A DNA stretch of 64,000 nt from Fistulifera solaris. Taxonomy: Eukaryota. The stretch is from assembly GCA_030295235.1 (NCBI GenBank), contig AP026162.1:2356001-2420000 (forward strand), in the 5' to 3' direction. A program made the translations under genes and the position numbers. Below the pieces are notes generated by a model. The model had not been told where the DNA came from and made no database searches. It worked only from the letters and a program-made list of their open reading frames with translations. Positions 25,149 through 36,072 of this stretch are shown piece after piece; position 1 is the stretch's first letter, and every line of letters starts with the position of its first letter.

Positions 25149-25899
25149 AGAAGCATTTTTGCCGTACTTCATAGCGTACTGTAGTTCATTCGTCGCAGAA
25201 CTCATGACTCAAAAATACGTAACGTTAGCAAGCTATGTTGTACCCCTTTGGGCTAGCAAGACCGAAGTGCACGTTTGCTGCTTCGGCATCACATTTCGAT
25301 CGTGTGACATCTATGGTTCGCTTTGTAGTTGTGTCGTAATGCATTACGTTTTCTGGCATATGACTAATGACTACGACCACCCTACGATTGCCGGAGACAG
25401 TATCTGCGTGTCACCTGTCAGCTGATCACTGATCACACCTTTTTGACGAACATGTCTTCCTCTAACAATGTTTGCGGAATAGTTGTCGCCTTAAATCGAT
25501 ATTTTGTTCATGCTTCAGTAGCAACGCTTTGCGTGGAAAAGTATGCACGTCTGAGCAGCTTAAAACTTGGCAAATGTCTGTGATTTGATCATCGTGTATT
25601 CTATCAAATAAACAACTTTGAACTCAATCACGTCTGGTCTTCTTGTTGGTTCTCTTTCTTTTGCGTCAGCAGTAGTTAAAAACTCGAGTTACTTGTTCTA
25701 ATAAGGAGCCTCTGGACTTCAAGCACGTTGCTCGCTGAAAGCACTAGATCTACAGAATAGGTCTTTATCACAAAAAGGTGACTATGAACAAAAGGCAGAT
25801 TTCCTTTCACTTCCGTACTTTATTGATCTTAATTTGATTGATGGCTTGCCAAAGATATGTAATGATTATTCAGAACCTTTTCAAGTGCATGGAACCCCA

Positions 25900-26760
25900 T
25901 CAGTCACTACCTTCCTTCGTGGTGCAAATTTGGCTTCCTTGAGCATCGAAGAAAATGCCTTTGCATTCGCCGCAATAATCGTAGGCGCAGGAAACGTAAT
26001 CCTCGTCGCACGGCGTTTCCTCACAAATCGAAGGGCCACAGGCGACGTTTAGCAAGTCATTGGGACAAAACGGGCCGCAAATCGTCTTACAAATCTTTTC
26101 TTCCGTGCACATGATGTGGCCAGAGCATTCGACTTTGAAAAAGATGTTGGATGGATTGAAACAATCGACCTGTGTCTCACAACTTCCCATTTCGAGACAT
26201 ACTCCATCCGCACAGTATTCATTCTCGCCACACGCATCATCGGAGCTACAACTAGTCTCATCATTGCTCGGAGGATCCACATCATTCTCCTGAGGTGCAG
26301 GATCAAGCACTCCGTCACCTTCCACCGACCCACAGGCCAGATCCCCCTTGGGGTCGAAAAAGAGAGCATTGCAGCCACCACAGTAGTAGTCAACACAGGT
26401 ACTGGGAGATTCGCACGTAGACACCGAGCATGGAGAGGCGAAGCAATCGGCGACGGGCTGACCGTCGGGACACTCGTCGGTGCTGCATTGCCTACGGCAC
26501 TGATTGTCGACACAATCGATGTAGCCATCACAACGGGCAGTGCTGTACTCGTTCGAAGGATTCAAGCAGTCGGCGAGATCACGGCAGAAACCGAATTTCT
26601 TACAAACTCCTCCAGAGCAATACTCTTTCCCGGCACGGCAGTCATCGTCCGAGGTGCATTCGAAATCGTTCGAAATGGGCTTCGACTTTTTGCCATTCAG
26701 TTTGGCATCGCACGACGCGATCAAAATGAAGGCAAGAAGGACGCGAAGAAGGATATTCAT
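25900..26760 (-). CDS. Secreted cysteine-rich repeat protein B (2 modules)
   Basis: Intact 286-aa ORF with signal peptide MNILLRVLLAFILIASCDA and two Cys-rich modules homologous to proteins A and C. Confidence 0.85.
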   Translation of the reverse strand: MNILLRVLLAFILIASCDAKLNGKKSKPISNDFECTSDDDCRAGKEYCSGGVCKKFGFCRDLADCLNPSNEYSTARCDGYIDCVDNQCRRQCSTDECPDGQPVADCFASPCSVSTCESPSTCVDYYCGGCNALFFDPKGDLACGSVEGDGVLDPAPQENDVDPPSNDETSCSSDDACGENEYCADGVCLEMGSCETQVDCFNPSNIFFKVECSGHIMCTEEKICKTICGPFCPNDLLNVACGPSICEETPCDEDYVSCAYDYCGECKGIFFDAQGSQICTTKEGSD

Positions 26761-26855
26761 GATGCTGTTGTTGTTTGCGATTAGGGAGGTGTTGCAAATT
26801 GTGATGTGAGATTAAAACAACAACACACTTTTGTGATGCATCTTCGGAACATTTT

Positions 26856-26878
26856 CAAACGTGCTCATGATTCGGAAC
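26856..26878. promoter_or_regulatory. Conserved upstream motif CAAACGTGCTC-N5-TCGGAA (gene B)
   Basis: Shared with 25125 and 32404. Confidence 0.5.
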
Positions 26879-27154
26879 CGGAACAAAACCTATTTTGTCG
26901 TTATGTTCATGGTATACCTGACGACGGACAAACGACTCGGAACTTGACGCTGCTGCACAGCGTCACAGTTCATTTCGCTCGTGAGCCGGCTAGATTGAAA
27001 ATGGCAGCTTCTCCAACACACTTGTATAGCAATCATTTAGTCGTTCAAGTCCTAAAAGACAGCTCTGGGCAATATAAGGTTTTGTCGCATGTGATCCTGT
27101 GATTCGTGTTTCCTTGTAATTCAGTAGTGACATTCGAAACCTTTCCTCTTGATT

Positions 27155-28065
27155 TCAATCCTGCAGCAGTTGTACGATATGATGAATGAACTGCTCTCGT
27201 TCTTGTTCGTGATTCGACAAGTTGTGATTGGAACTCGGCAAATACAAAGGATGCGCTATCGGGGATGAACTTCCGTGGTTCATCGCATCCACCAGGCGTT
27301 GCGTCAAGGCGGCCTTGTCGACATGATCGGGGACGTATTCATCGGCACCAGAATAAGCTACACAGCACTGAAAGCGTCGTGAGTCGCTTGTGTCGTCTGT
27401 TCTTTCACCAAACGCACTGACATGCTGTAATCGCTCGATGAGTTCCTCGGCAGAGTAATCGGACGAGAAATAATCATCTTTTCCGCCTCGTTCGTGCAAA
27501 TCCAAATAGCGTTCGGCGGTAATCGGAGCCCAAAACGCCTCTCGCGGCATCATTTCTTGCAGTTTGTTTTGATGTCGCATATCTTGGGCGAGACTCAAAA
27601 GTGTGCGTACTGCGGACTCGTTGCCGCATGTTCTCGATCCGAAACGGGGGCTTGCAATACCGCCAAGCGTAACGACTGCTTTCCAGTCTTCAGATAATGG
27701 ACGATGCATTGACAACCGGTCGAATGACCCATAAGTGTAAAAGATTCGGCGCGACGGTGCGTTTGTAAATACAGGAACAGTGTCTCTAAATCTTGTACGT
27801 CCCGATCGAGGGCACCGTGACCGAAGCCCGTATAACTGCTTTGCAGCAATGGCTGGACCAAAGACCACTGTTCCGGTAACTGTTCCGCTAATTCTTTACA
27901 ATAAGGAGTCGGCAGCAATCCGTCCGACAAGCCACCCAAGAGGATGCATTTCGAAGGTCGGGACGGAGAGGTCTCAAAGGCCACCAAATTGGTGGGTGTC
28001 ATGGTGTACGAGAACAAATCTCCGGTGAGAGTGCCGTACGGCGAAGCAGGAACAGGGAGGCGCAT
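27155..28065 (-). CDS. Alpha/beta hydrolase, DUF1749/UPF0613 family (frameshifted)
   Basis: ILLGGLSDGLLPTPY, LQSSYTGFGHGALDRDVQD, nucleophile motif LMGHSTGCQ, LQAPVSDRE, PITAERYLDL..DDYFSSD and SGADEYVP. Confidence 0.85.
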
Positions 28066-28705
28066 AATAAATCAATGATTAAAATGAGGATAAGAAAGAA
28101 CGGAGTATTGTAGACTCTATGCCTTTTTGCTTACAATGAAAGATGCGAGTGAAACGAGTGAAAAGTGCACCGCAAAAATTTGCGGTGCGCGCCAAAAGTG
28201 CGCGCGCACGACGAAGAATCTTTCCTCGTGATTGGAACCTAATTTCCAGTCATGTCACTCACAGGATGGGTCTATAGTCAAAATTAGCAAGCGATCACTG
28301 AAAAGCTTTTCAGTTCAATAATTCGACATGATGAATAGAAACCTAATTACTGAGCTTGTCAATCATCCTAGAACGTTTTTTGATGGCCTTACCAGGTATT
28401 GTACTGGTATAATCGCTCTCCCTTCCTTATTTTTCTCGTGACCGCAATCCAGCCGTGGCAAGGATCCAAGTACATTTGGGGCTATAGTAGATCTCAATAA
28501 TTGGCCACGCTGCTTCGCATTCATTTCCATCGATCTGACTCTATTCTCGCGCTGTTGCATTACCAGGTATTGATGTCAAAGTTTTTTTTATTTAAAAAAA
28601 GAAATAATAATATTCAAAGCCCTTCTCTCCCTATCTAGTTGATCCTCCCTCTTGTCATTATTTGCATTCGAGTCTCGGAGTTCGTTTGGGAATTTCGAAA
28701 GTTTC

Positions 28706-29790
28706 ATGTCGCTGAAAAGAACCGCACCTTGGTTCCTCTTTCTTTGCTGCCTCGTCTCCTGCGTTCAATCTTCTTTATCATCATATTCTGTTTCCGCTTC
28801 CGTCCCCATGGCGCTCCGTAAAACTAGGGCCGGTCGAACATCGTCTATCGTCCTTCCGCGAGGAGGAGGACAACAGCAGCTGCGACACATGGCAACGACC
28901 TTGCATGGTAGTATCTTTTGGAAATCGCAAGGCATCTTGTTGGGCGCCAATTTCCTCGGTTATCTTCTTTCGTAAGTGATTCTTTCGATATTTGATGTGC
29001 ATGTGTCGCTGCACGAGAGGTCTAAAATTGCGCCCGAATGAATCTCTTTTGTTGGATTGACAGTGGTGTATCCTCGTATCACTATCACGTGGACCTGTTG
29101 GGTACGGGTGCGTTTGCGGCGGTCGCGGCATTCACCTTCCGTCGTTCCCCCGTGAGCAGTCTTGCCGTTATGCTGTGGAGTATCAAATTGGCCAGTTTCT
29201 TGTTGTTTCGTGTCGTGCATCACGGTGGACGCGATAGTCGCTTGAATGACACTTTGGCGGATCCCGTTTCGGCGAGTGGGTTTTGGATCATTTCGTGGCT
29301 TTGGGGTGTTTTGGTATCTCTCCCGCATTGTTTGGGGGCCGCATCGGTGACGGCGAGATCCAATGCGTGGCAAAACGCCGGCCTCGTGCTCTTTGCGGTA
29401 GGCTGGATGATGGAAACAGTGGCCGATTATCAAAAGTGGATGTTCAAACAACAATACGCTTCTTCAACTGTGCCCTACTGCAATGTCGGATTGTGGTCGT
29501 GGTCGCAACATCCCAATTGGTGCGGAAATCTCTTGCTTTGGTTCGGGATATGGATGATGAATGCTCCTTGTCTAATCGCGCCGCAAGCGAAACACATTGT
29601 TGCAAAATACGGACGTTTATTACTCTCGTGTCTCGGACCATTGTTTTTGTTTGCGCTCTTTCATGGTCAAGCGACCGGCTGGATCTTGCCGTCGGCATTG
29701 GAAGCCACGAAACAGAAGTACGGGTACGGTACGGATTCGGAGTATACGAATTATGTTAATCGGACGCCCCTTTTGTTTCCATGGGTTTGA
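28706..29790 (+). CDS. DUF1295 / steroid 5-alpha-reductase-like membrane protein, 2 exons
   Basis: Intron about 28972-29063, WSIKLASFLLFRV..GRDSRL, ETVADYQKW and NVGLWSWSQHPNWCGNLLLWFG. Confidence 0.85.
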
Positions 29791-30130
29791 AATGTGTCAG
29801 AAACGACTTCATCTCAAGATAACATGGATACAGTAAAAATGCTTTGTTTGGACGTCATCGCGCCGTTCATTGTGATTGCGATACTGGTATACTGGTACAG
29901 CATCATCAATCTTCACCGTCGAACTAGAGTCCTGAGCGTGGTCGCATAACGCTCGCCTTTCAAACGCACCCCTCAGAATAGCCAGCTCCAAAAAGCAATC
30001 AAAAGTGCAGCTACAAGTTCGAGTGGAAGTGAAATTCGTTTTATTACTGTTCATGCATGTTCATCTATTATGTAACTCATTCAATTCACTACGACTGAAC
30101 GATTCTGGATCTTTCTGTTTGGAACGATGT

Positions 30131-32247
30131 CTAAAAGGCACAACGCGCTTTCTTGAAAGCTTTCTTCACAGCGCAGGTGGAGCGTGAGAACCAGCTACCG
30201 TCTGCGGGGCATGCCATTTTCTTGGAGCAATCAGAGCCAGTATCATCGGGCGCATCCGTGCTGGCGCAGACTTCCTTTCCTTCGGCGTTGAAAAGATGGA
30301 GTTGCACGCGCCGCAGTAGTTGTCGATGCAGGAAACGTAGTCTTCGTCGCACGGATTGGCTTCGCAAGGAGCTTCGAAGCAGCGGACAAGTGGTTCATTG
30401 TTCGGGCAACTGCTGCCACAAATGGTTCTGCAGGTGCCTTTTCTGCTGCATTTCACGTAGCCGATACAGTCGAGCATTGGAAACATGTTGGATGGATTGA
30501 AGCAGTCGACATCCTCGTTACACGAGCCGAATTCAAGACATGTTCCAGCTGCACAGTATTCGCCATCGCTGCAATCCGCATCGGAGCCGCAAGTGCCATC
30601 GCTCACTGGAGTGTCTGGGTCTTCTACTGGAAAGCCAGGTGCATTTCCTGTTGGATCGATGCAGATCGCATTGCATCCACCACAATAGTAGTCGACACAA
30701 ACAGAGGGAGCCAGGCATGTCGTGGCAATGCAGGGTGGGAACTCGCATTCGGTGAAAGGCTCGCCTTTGGGACAGTCGCTGTTGCTGCATTCTCGGATGC
30801 ATTGGTTGTCCACACAATCAATGTATCCGACGCACCGGACCGTTCCGTATTCGTTGGAGGGGTTCAGGCAGTCGGTGAGGTCGCGGCACGTTCCGTGGTC
30901 TCGACAGACTCCACCGGCACAGAATTGATCAACGCAATCGTCATCGCTCGAGCAAGTCTGTTCAGGAGATACTCCCGTACTGTCGTCCGGGCCGCAAACC
31001 TGACGCCCCGCCGGATCGAAATAAAGAGGAGAGCATCCATCACAGTCATTCAAAACACAGCGAGCTTCGTCACCACATTCTTTCGGATCACATGTGGCTT
31101 CACCGCATGGAACTGGATCGCCACCATTCTCAGGGCACTCGCCGCCACAGACACGGCCGCAGAACCCTTCTTGGCAAAGAACAGGACCCGTGCAGAAGAT
31201 GGTGCTGTAGATGTTGGACGGGTTATAGCAGTCGAAGTCAGACGAACAAGCGCCGAAATTGCGACATTCACCCTGGGAGCAGTACTGGTCAGTGGTGTTA
31301 CAATCTGAATCGAATTCACACAAAGTAGTCTCTGATTCAGGCAGTTCCAAAAGCGAGGGCTCGGGCGTACTGCCATCAATCATAAAGCCGGGTACGTCTC
31401 CAGTAGGATCGAAGCAGAGGGCATGGCATCCACCACAAACGTAGTCCACACACATAGCGGGAGCCATGCAAGTCGTGGCTATACAGGGTGGGAACTCGCA
31501 TTCGGCAAGAGGCTGATCCTCAGGGCATTCACTGTCACTGCATTGTCGAGTGCACTGGTTGTCGACACAGTCAATGTAGCCAACGCAAAGAATCGTGTTG
31601 TACTCGTTCGAAGGATTCAAGCAATCAACCAAGTCGCGGCACGTTCCATGATCTTGACAGACCCCACCGGCGCAGAACTGGTCCGTGCAATCATCGTCAC
31701 TTGAGCATGTCCCCTGAGGCTCAGGGACTTCTTCCGTCCTTTCGTCTTCCGGGGGCGTGGGTTCACCCGAACCGTCACCGTCGACCGAGCCGCAAGCAAG
31801 GTCTCCTTTGGGATCGAAAAAGAGAGCATTGCATCCTCCACAGTAATAGTCGACACAGGTAGTCGGAGAAATGCAGGTCGAGACTGAGCACGGTGATGCC
31901 GCGCAGCGGACGGATGGCTCGCCGCCAGGGCATATGTCGGGGCCACAAATGGTAGTGCATTGGTTATCCACACAGTCCGTGTAACCAAGGCAGAGAATGG
32001 AGTTGTACATGTTCGAAGGATTTAAACAGTCAGATAGAGAGCGGCAAAACCCAAACTCCTGGCACAGTCCACCAGAGCAATACTGCGAATCAGCCTGACA
32101 GTCATCGTCCGAGGCACATTCCAAGGCCAGGGAAATCTCCTGCAGTTTTTTCTTATCCTTGTTATTCTTCTTCTTGTCCTTCGACTTGGCATCGCACGAT
32201 GCCGAGAGCAAGAGAGAGGCGACAAAGAGACGAAGAAGGATGTTCAT
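30131..32247 (-). CDS. Secreted cysteine-rich repeat protein C (5 modules; frameshift near 30295)
   Basis: Signal peptide, Lys-rich KSKDKKKNNKDKKK segment and five tandem Cys-rich modules. The tail WFSRSTCAVKKAFKKARCAF is in the shifted frame. Confidence 0.85.
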
Positions 32248-32403
32248 GGTAGATGTTTATTGTAGTGCTTTGCTTTCTTATTATTTGGTAAAGTGAAGGT
32301 ATTCGTAAATTTTGTGAGAACTACAAAACAGCGACACCTTCGCTTTCGCTTCGACCTTATTGGCAGTCGATCGTGTGAATCTCTAATTACATCTAGCAAG
32401 ATT

Positions 32404-32427
32404 CAAACGTGCACCGTTATTCGGAAG
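32404..32427. promoter_or_regulatory. Conserved upstream motif CAAACGTGCAC-N6-TCGGAA (gene C)
   Basis: Shared with 25125 and 26856. Confidence 0.5.
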
Positions 32428-32810
32428 TAGAATATTATTGAGAAGAAGAACGAAGTCCGTCTCTACTTTTTCACACACAGTAGACCATGACAATGACTCA
32501 CTTGATTTCTGAACATCGATCCACACTTAGTATGGGCCCCTATAACCTTAGTCGTTCCTTAAACACAAAACCACAAGACACAGGACATCGTTGTTCGGAG
32601 CGCGCGGAGCATTTCAAGATTCATTCAGCTCATTATCATTTCTCTAGCTACTCCAGCTCCAGCTCTCTAGAAAATAGGGAGATAGACCAGCTAAAAGATT
32701 AGAGATTAGAGACCCCTCTAAGAATGACATACGTAAAAAAAGAATGTCTCACTCTCTCTCTAGATTCTAGATAGTACTAAACTATCTTGTCGCCGGTCGC
32801 TGGCAAGCCA

Positions 32811-33854
32811 GGTGTGCACGTTTCGTCGCCACAGTCGCACTATGTTTTCAAGAAGGTGATATCTTGTTACTTGTTACTCCGTGTGATGTAAGTCGCGCGC
32901 CTTTCCTTTGTTTTATGATATTTTGGCTTTTGTCATCAGCGGCGCGGCGGCTACTGTTTGCTGGAGATCCGCCGGCTGGCTAGGAGTCGTCTAAGAAAGT
33001 TTGACGTGCACGTTTCGATATCACGTTTGCATTTCTTTCTCACCGCTTGATTTGTAATTTGAGTGCCCGTTCAGTCGTTTCTTTGTTTCACTGCCTAATT
33101 TAGTCCCTTGATCCTGTAAAACGGCTACTGTGTGACAGCACTCCATACTTGATCTCAATCGGAAGCTCGGCGCGGTGTGCACGTTTCGTCGCCAGACTCA
33201 CACTTGCCCTGCTTCTTGATTGCTGTTCTTCCAGGCAAGCCATTCTTCGCTCCGTTCGTGTCTTTAATTCTGGATCGTGAGCGACGCCGAACAAATAATA
33301 GCCTGTCTGTCAAGTGTCGAGCAAGCGCACGTTTCGCACTTCTCGACCATTTGAGTGTGGATTGCCGGTCTTGTTGTTCTCCGATCGCTGATCATACAGA
33401 AACGACTGCATATCTTGCAAGACATCCTGCTCGATTAACTATTTTGTTGTGCACGTTTCGTCACCACACAGCCGAGATGCGTGCGATGTTCTTCTTTCGA
33501 TAAAAAAAACCATGTTCTTGCATCCGGTCACGCTTCCAAGCATCTTTTTAAGCCCGCTTAAGTATCCCTTTTGTTTAGTATGCAGTTCAGTTATTCCTTG
33601 TATGCAACAAACAACCAAACACAATTGTGTTCAATTGATGGCCGGCCATCGTCGTCCCGATTTTGACGCAATGAGATATTTTTTGCGCGTTTCTTTCGAT
33701 CGACCATCGGACGTCGGACAAACTGCTACTCCTTAGAACAGAAAAAAAGTCAAGCCAACACGTAGTAAAATAGTCAATTTTCACTGTTTAGTGTTATGTA
33801 GAATCCTTTTGTTTTTTAAGTACACGGTGCACGTTTCAACGTCGTACCGTGTAC
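32811..33854 (+). repeat. Dispersed array of six same-strand GYGCACGTTTCR motifs in an ORF-poor tract
   Basis: Copies start at 32814, 33006, 33177, 33325, 33449 and 33827, with a degenerate TGCGCGTTTC near 33684. The intervening sequences are largely unique. Confidence 0.85.
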
Positions 33855-34042
33855 CGCCTCCCAAATAATCCTCAACCCTTGCAGGAATAATGGGTGGATC
33901 CGATCTGTCGCGCGCCGCAGCTGCAACAATGACAAAATGACGACCATGACGTCGCTCCAAAATCAGGAAAAACACATAATACAAACCTATCCTCTGAAAC
34001 AACTTCTAATCGTGTCAACTTTATTAGTGGCACGCTAATAAT

Positions 34043-35764
34043 ATGAACAAGTCTTCCTTATCGTTCGCCGATGACTGGCCGGTGCAAGCCGACGATCCTC
34101 TCGAGATGGCTTTGGATCAACCTTTTTGCCGACCCACGATGCACTCAAAACGTGTTCCGGAAGCGACATTCATCTCGTCAAGGGTGCTTCGAATCCTTCC
34201 AATCGATGTTTGGCCATTTTACCCGGTTTGCTCGCCTTGCATCCGCCCAGCAACCCGAAAACTACGAGTAATAACGATCATCCTGACACATCCGAAAAAG
34301 ACACTGATGCGAAAACAGCCACCAAACCCGAAGCCATTGCTTTGGGCGAAATGACAGGTTTACTATCGACCGAAACGCCGATGCTGCGAATGGGTTGTAT
34401 GGAACTGCAGGGACAACGCGTGCGGACGTCTTCCAAATTTTTGGTACTGACCTTTCAGCCCAAAAAGAAACGAGTGATTTGCAAGCATATTTTTGATTCC
34501 GTCGTTCTGTTTGGCCAAGCACAAATCAAAGAGGCGCCCCTGGAAGCACCCGAAATACCGCAGCCCTGGGTCCATTACGGTGGATCCGCTCGGGCGGGGA
34601 CCTCGAATGTATCGTGCCGTTTGCCGAGCGTGTCGAAGGCAGCCGCTGTCAAACCCCGTTTGGATCCCATCCAATCGATCACACCCAAAGTACTCGAAAA
34701 GAGAAACAGAATAACGATTCGGATGACGATGATGATTCCGAAAGTGACGGTAGTATTTTGAAGGATGCGAAAGACGAAGACGATTTCCACATGGACATAA
34801 TGCCTTCCTCGTTGGGGCGCCGAGCAAGTTCGCAACGGAAAGTCAAAGCACCTGTCAAGTATTTAGAACGAGAACTGGAATCCAGTGAAAGTGAGAGCGA
34901 AGAAGAAACGCCCGTGAAACGAGCCCCCCGGGCTAGTAAGAAAACCACCGAGTCGATGGCTGAGAAGGACGACGATGTGGTTGTTGTTCCACCGAATAGT
35001 CAGCCATCTTCAACGCCAGCTTCCCGATATCGCGCCAAGGCATCTTCTAATAGATCATCTAGTGATAGTGAAGACGATTATGGTCCCTTGAAACGAGCCG
35101 CTCGAGCTAAGAAGACCTCGGATGGGAAGGTGGATAGAAACGCAGAGAAGGATGTTGTTGTCGTCGTTGAACCACGGCCTTCCTCGACGCGGGCAGCCTC
35201 CCAGCGCCCATCTGTTGCGAAATCAGGTGATAAGATAAACGATAAATCGAAGGCAGCGAGTTCGAAAAAGATTACCGACGAATCATCGGACAAGGAGGAC
35301 GTCGTCGAGGTACTGTCAAGTAATCCGTCAGCCCGCTCCGCGCCCCGCGAAAGCAAAATGCAGCTGACGCTGTTCGAAAGCAAAAGGAAGAATCTAAGGA
35401 TGAGGTTGTTGTAATGGATACTGATAAGTCTACTCGATCTCCACGCAAACGAAAGTCACCACCGGTTACACAATCCCAAGATGACATCGTTGACTTGGAG
35501 AATGATCCAAGCGTAGCAGAGGACAGTGATGACGATTTCGAAGCTCCGATGAAATCAAGTTTGGCAAGAAAGAGCAAAAGCGTGCCTGACTTTAAGGCAC
35601 CGCCAGCGAAACGTCCACGGGCCTCTCCAGGCGTCATGGACTCCTTGGCCTCAACTTCTACGACGCCGACTCGACGTCGTCGACGTACTGGAACTACACC
35701 ATCCCCGTCCAAAAAGGCCGTCTCAACCACTTTCTTTCAATCTTCGAATGACTTTTCATTCTAA
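34043..35764 (+). CDS. RHL1: RHL1-like DNA-binding protein (topoisomerase VI accessory subunit) with long disordered tail; frameshifted
   Basis: SGSDIHLVKG..NRCLAILPGLLA..LGEMTGLLSTETPML..MELQGQRVRTSSKFLVLTFQPKKKRVICKHIFDSVVLF matches the recalled plant RHL1 core (DII..RFLFSFPGLL..IG.L..L.T.NP.L..YLTLQF....V.CDDYFDNMIVF). An acidic/basic low-complexity tail follows. Confidence 0.6.
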
Positions 35765-36072
35765 TGTTGTAAACGTCTATATTTGAACAGTGTGGTCAAC
35801 GCTTGTCGCAGCAAATGGCGCCGCACTGACTATCTTCTTACCTTTGTCGAGCGTCCCTGCAATCGAGCTAGATGTGGCTGGAATTGCCTCTCGTCATGGC
35901 TGTTTAACAAATGAATTGACGAAACAATTCTAACTAATTTTTGTATCGATGTTCATCGCATACATTAATGTTTACATTACTAACGCTACATATTTGCATT
36001 CTTTGAATCTTATCATTTCCTCTATGATTACATTGATTCGGCCGCCTGTTCTCCTTGTTCGTACTCCTGCAA

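Noticed and set aside
24038..32247. Cys-rich proteins as frustulins
   Set aside because: There is no CEGDCD-type acidic cysteine-rich repeat, and module length and Cys spacing differ.
32811..33854. The motif array as a CRISPR array
   Set aside because: The repeats are only 12-20 nt, the spacing is irregular at 124-378 nt, there are no cas genes, and the context is eukaryotic.
32811..33854. Minus-strand CGAAAC motifs as hammerhead ribozyme cores
   Set aside because: Only one CTGATGA is present (reverse complement at about 32933-32939), and it is not positioned with a short stem II relative to any GAAAC. The other copies lack it.
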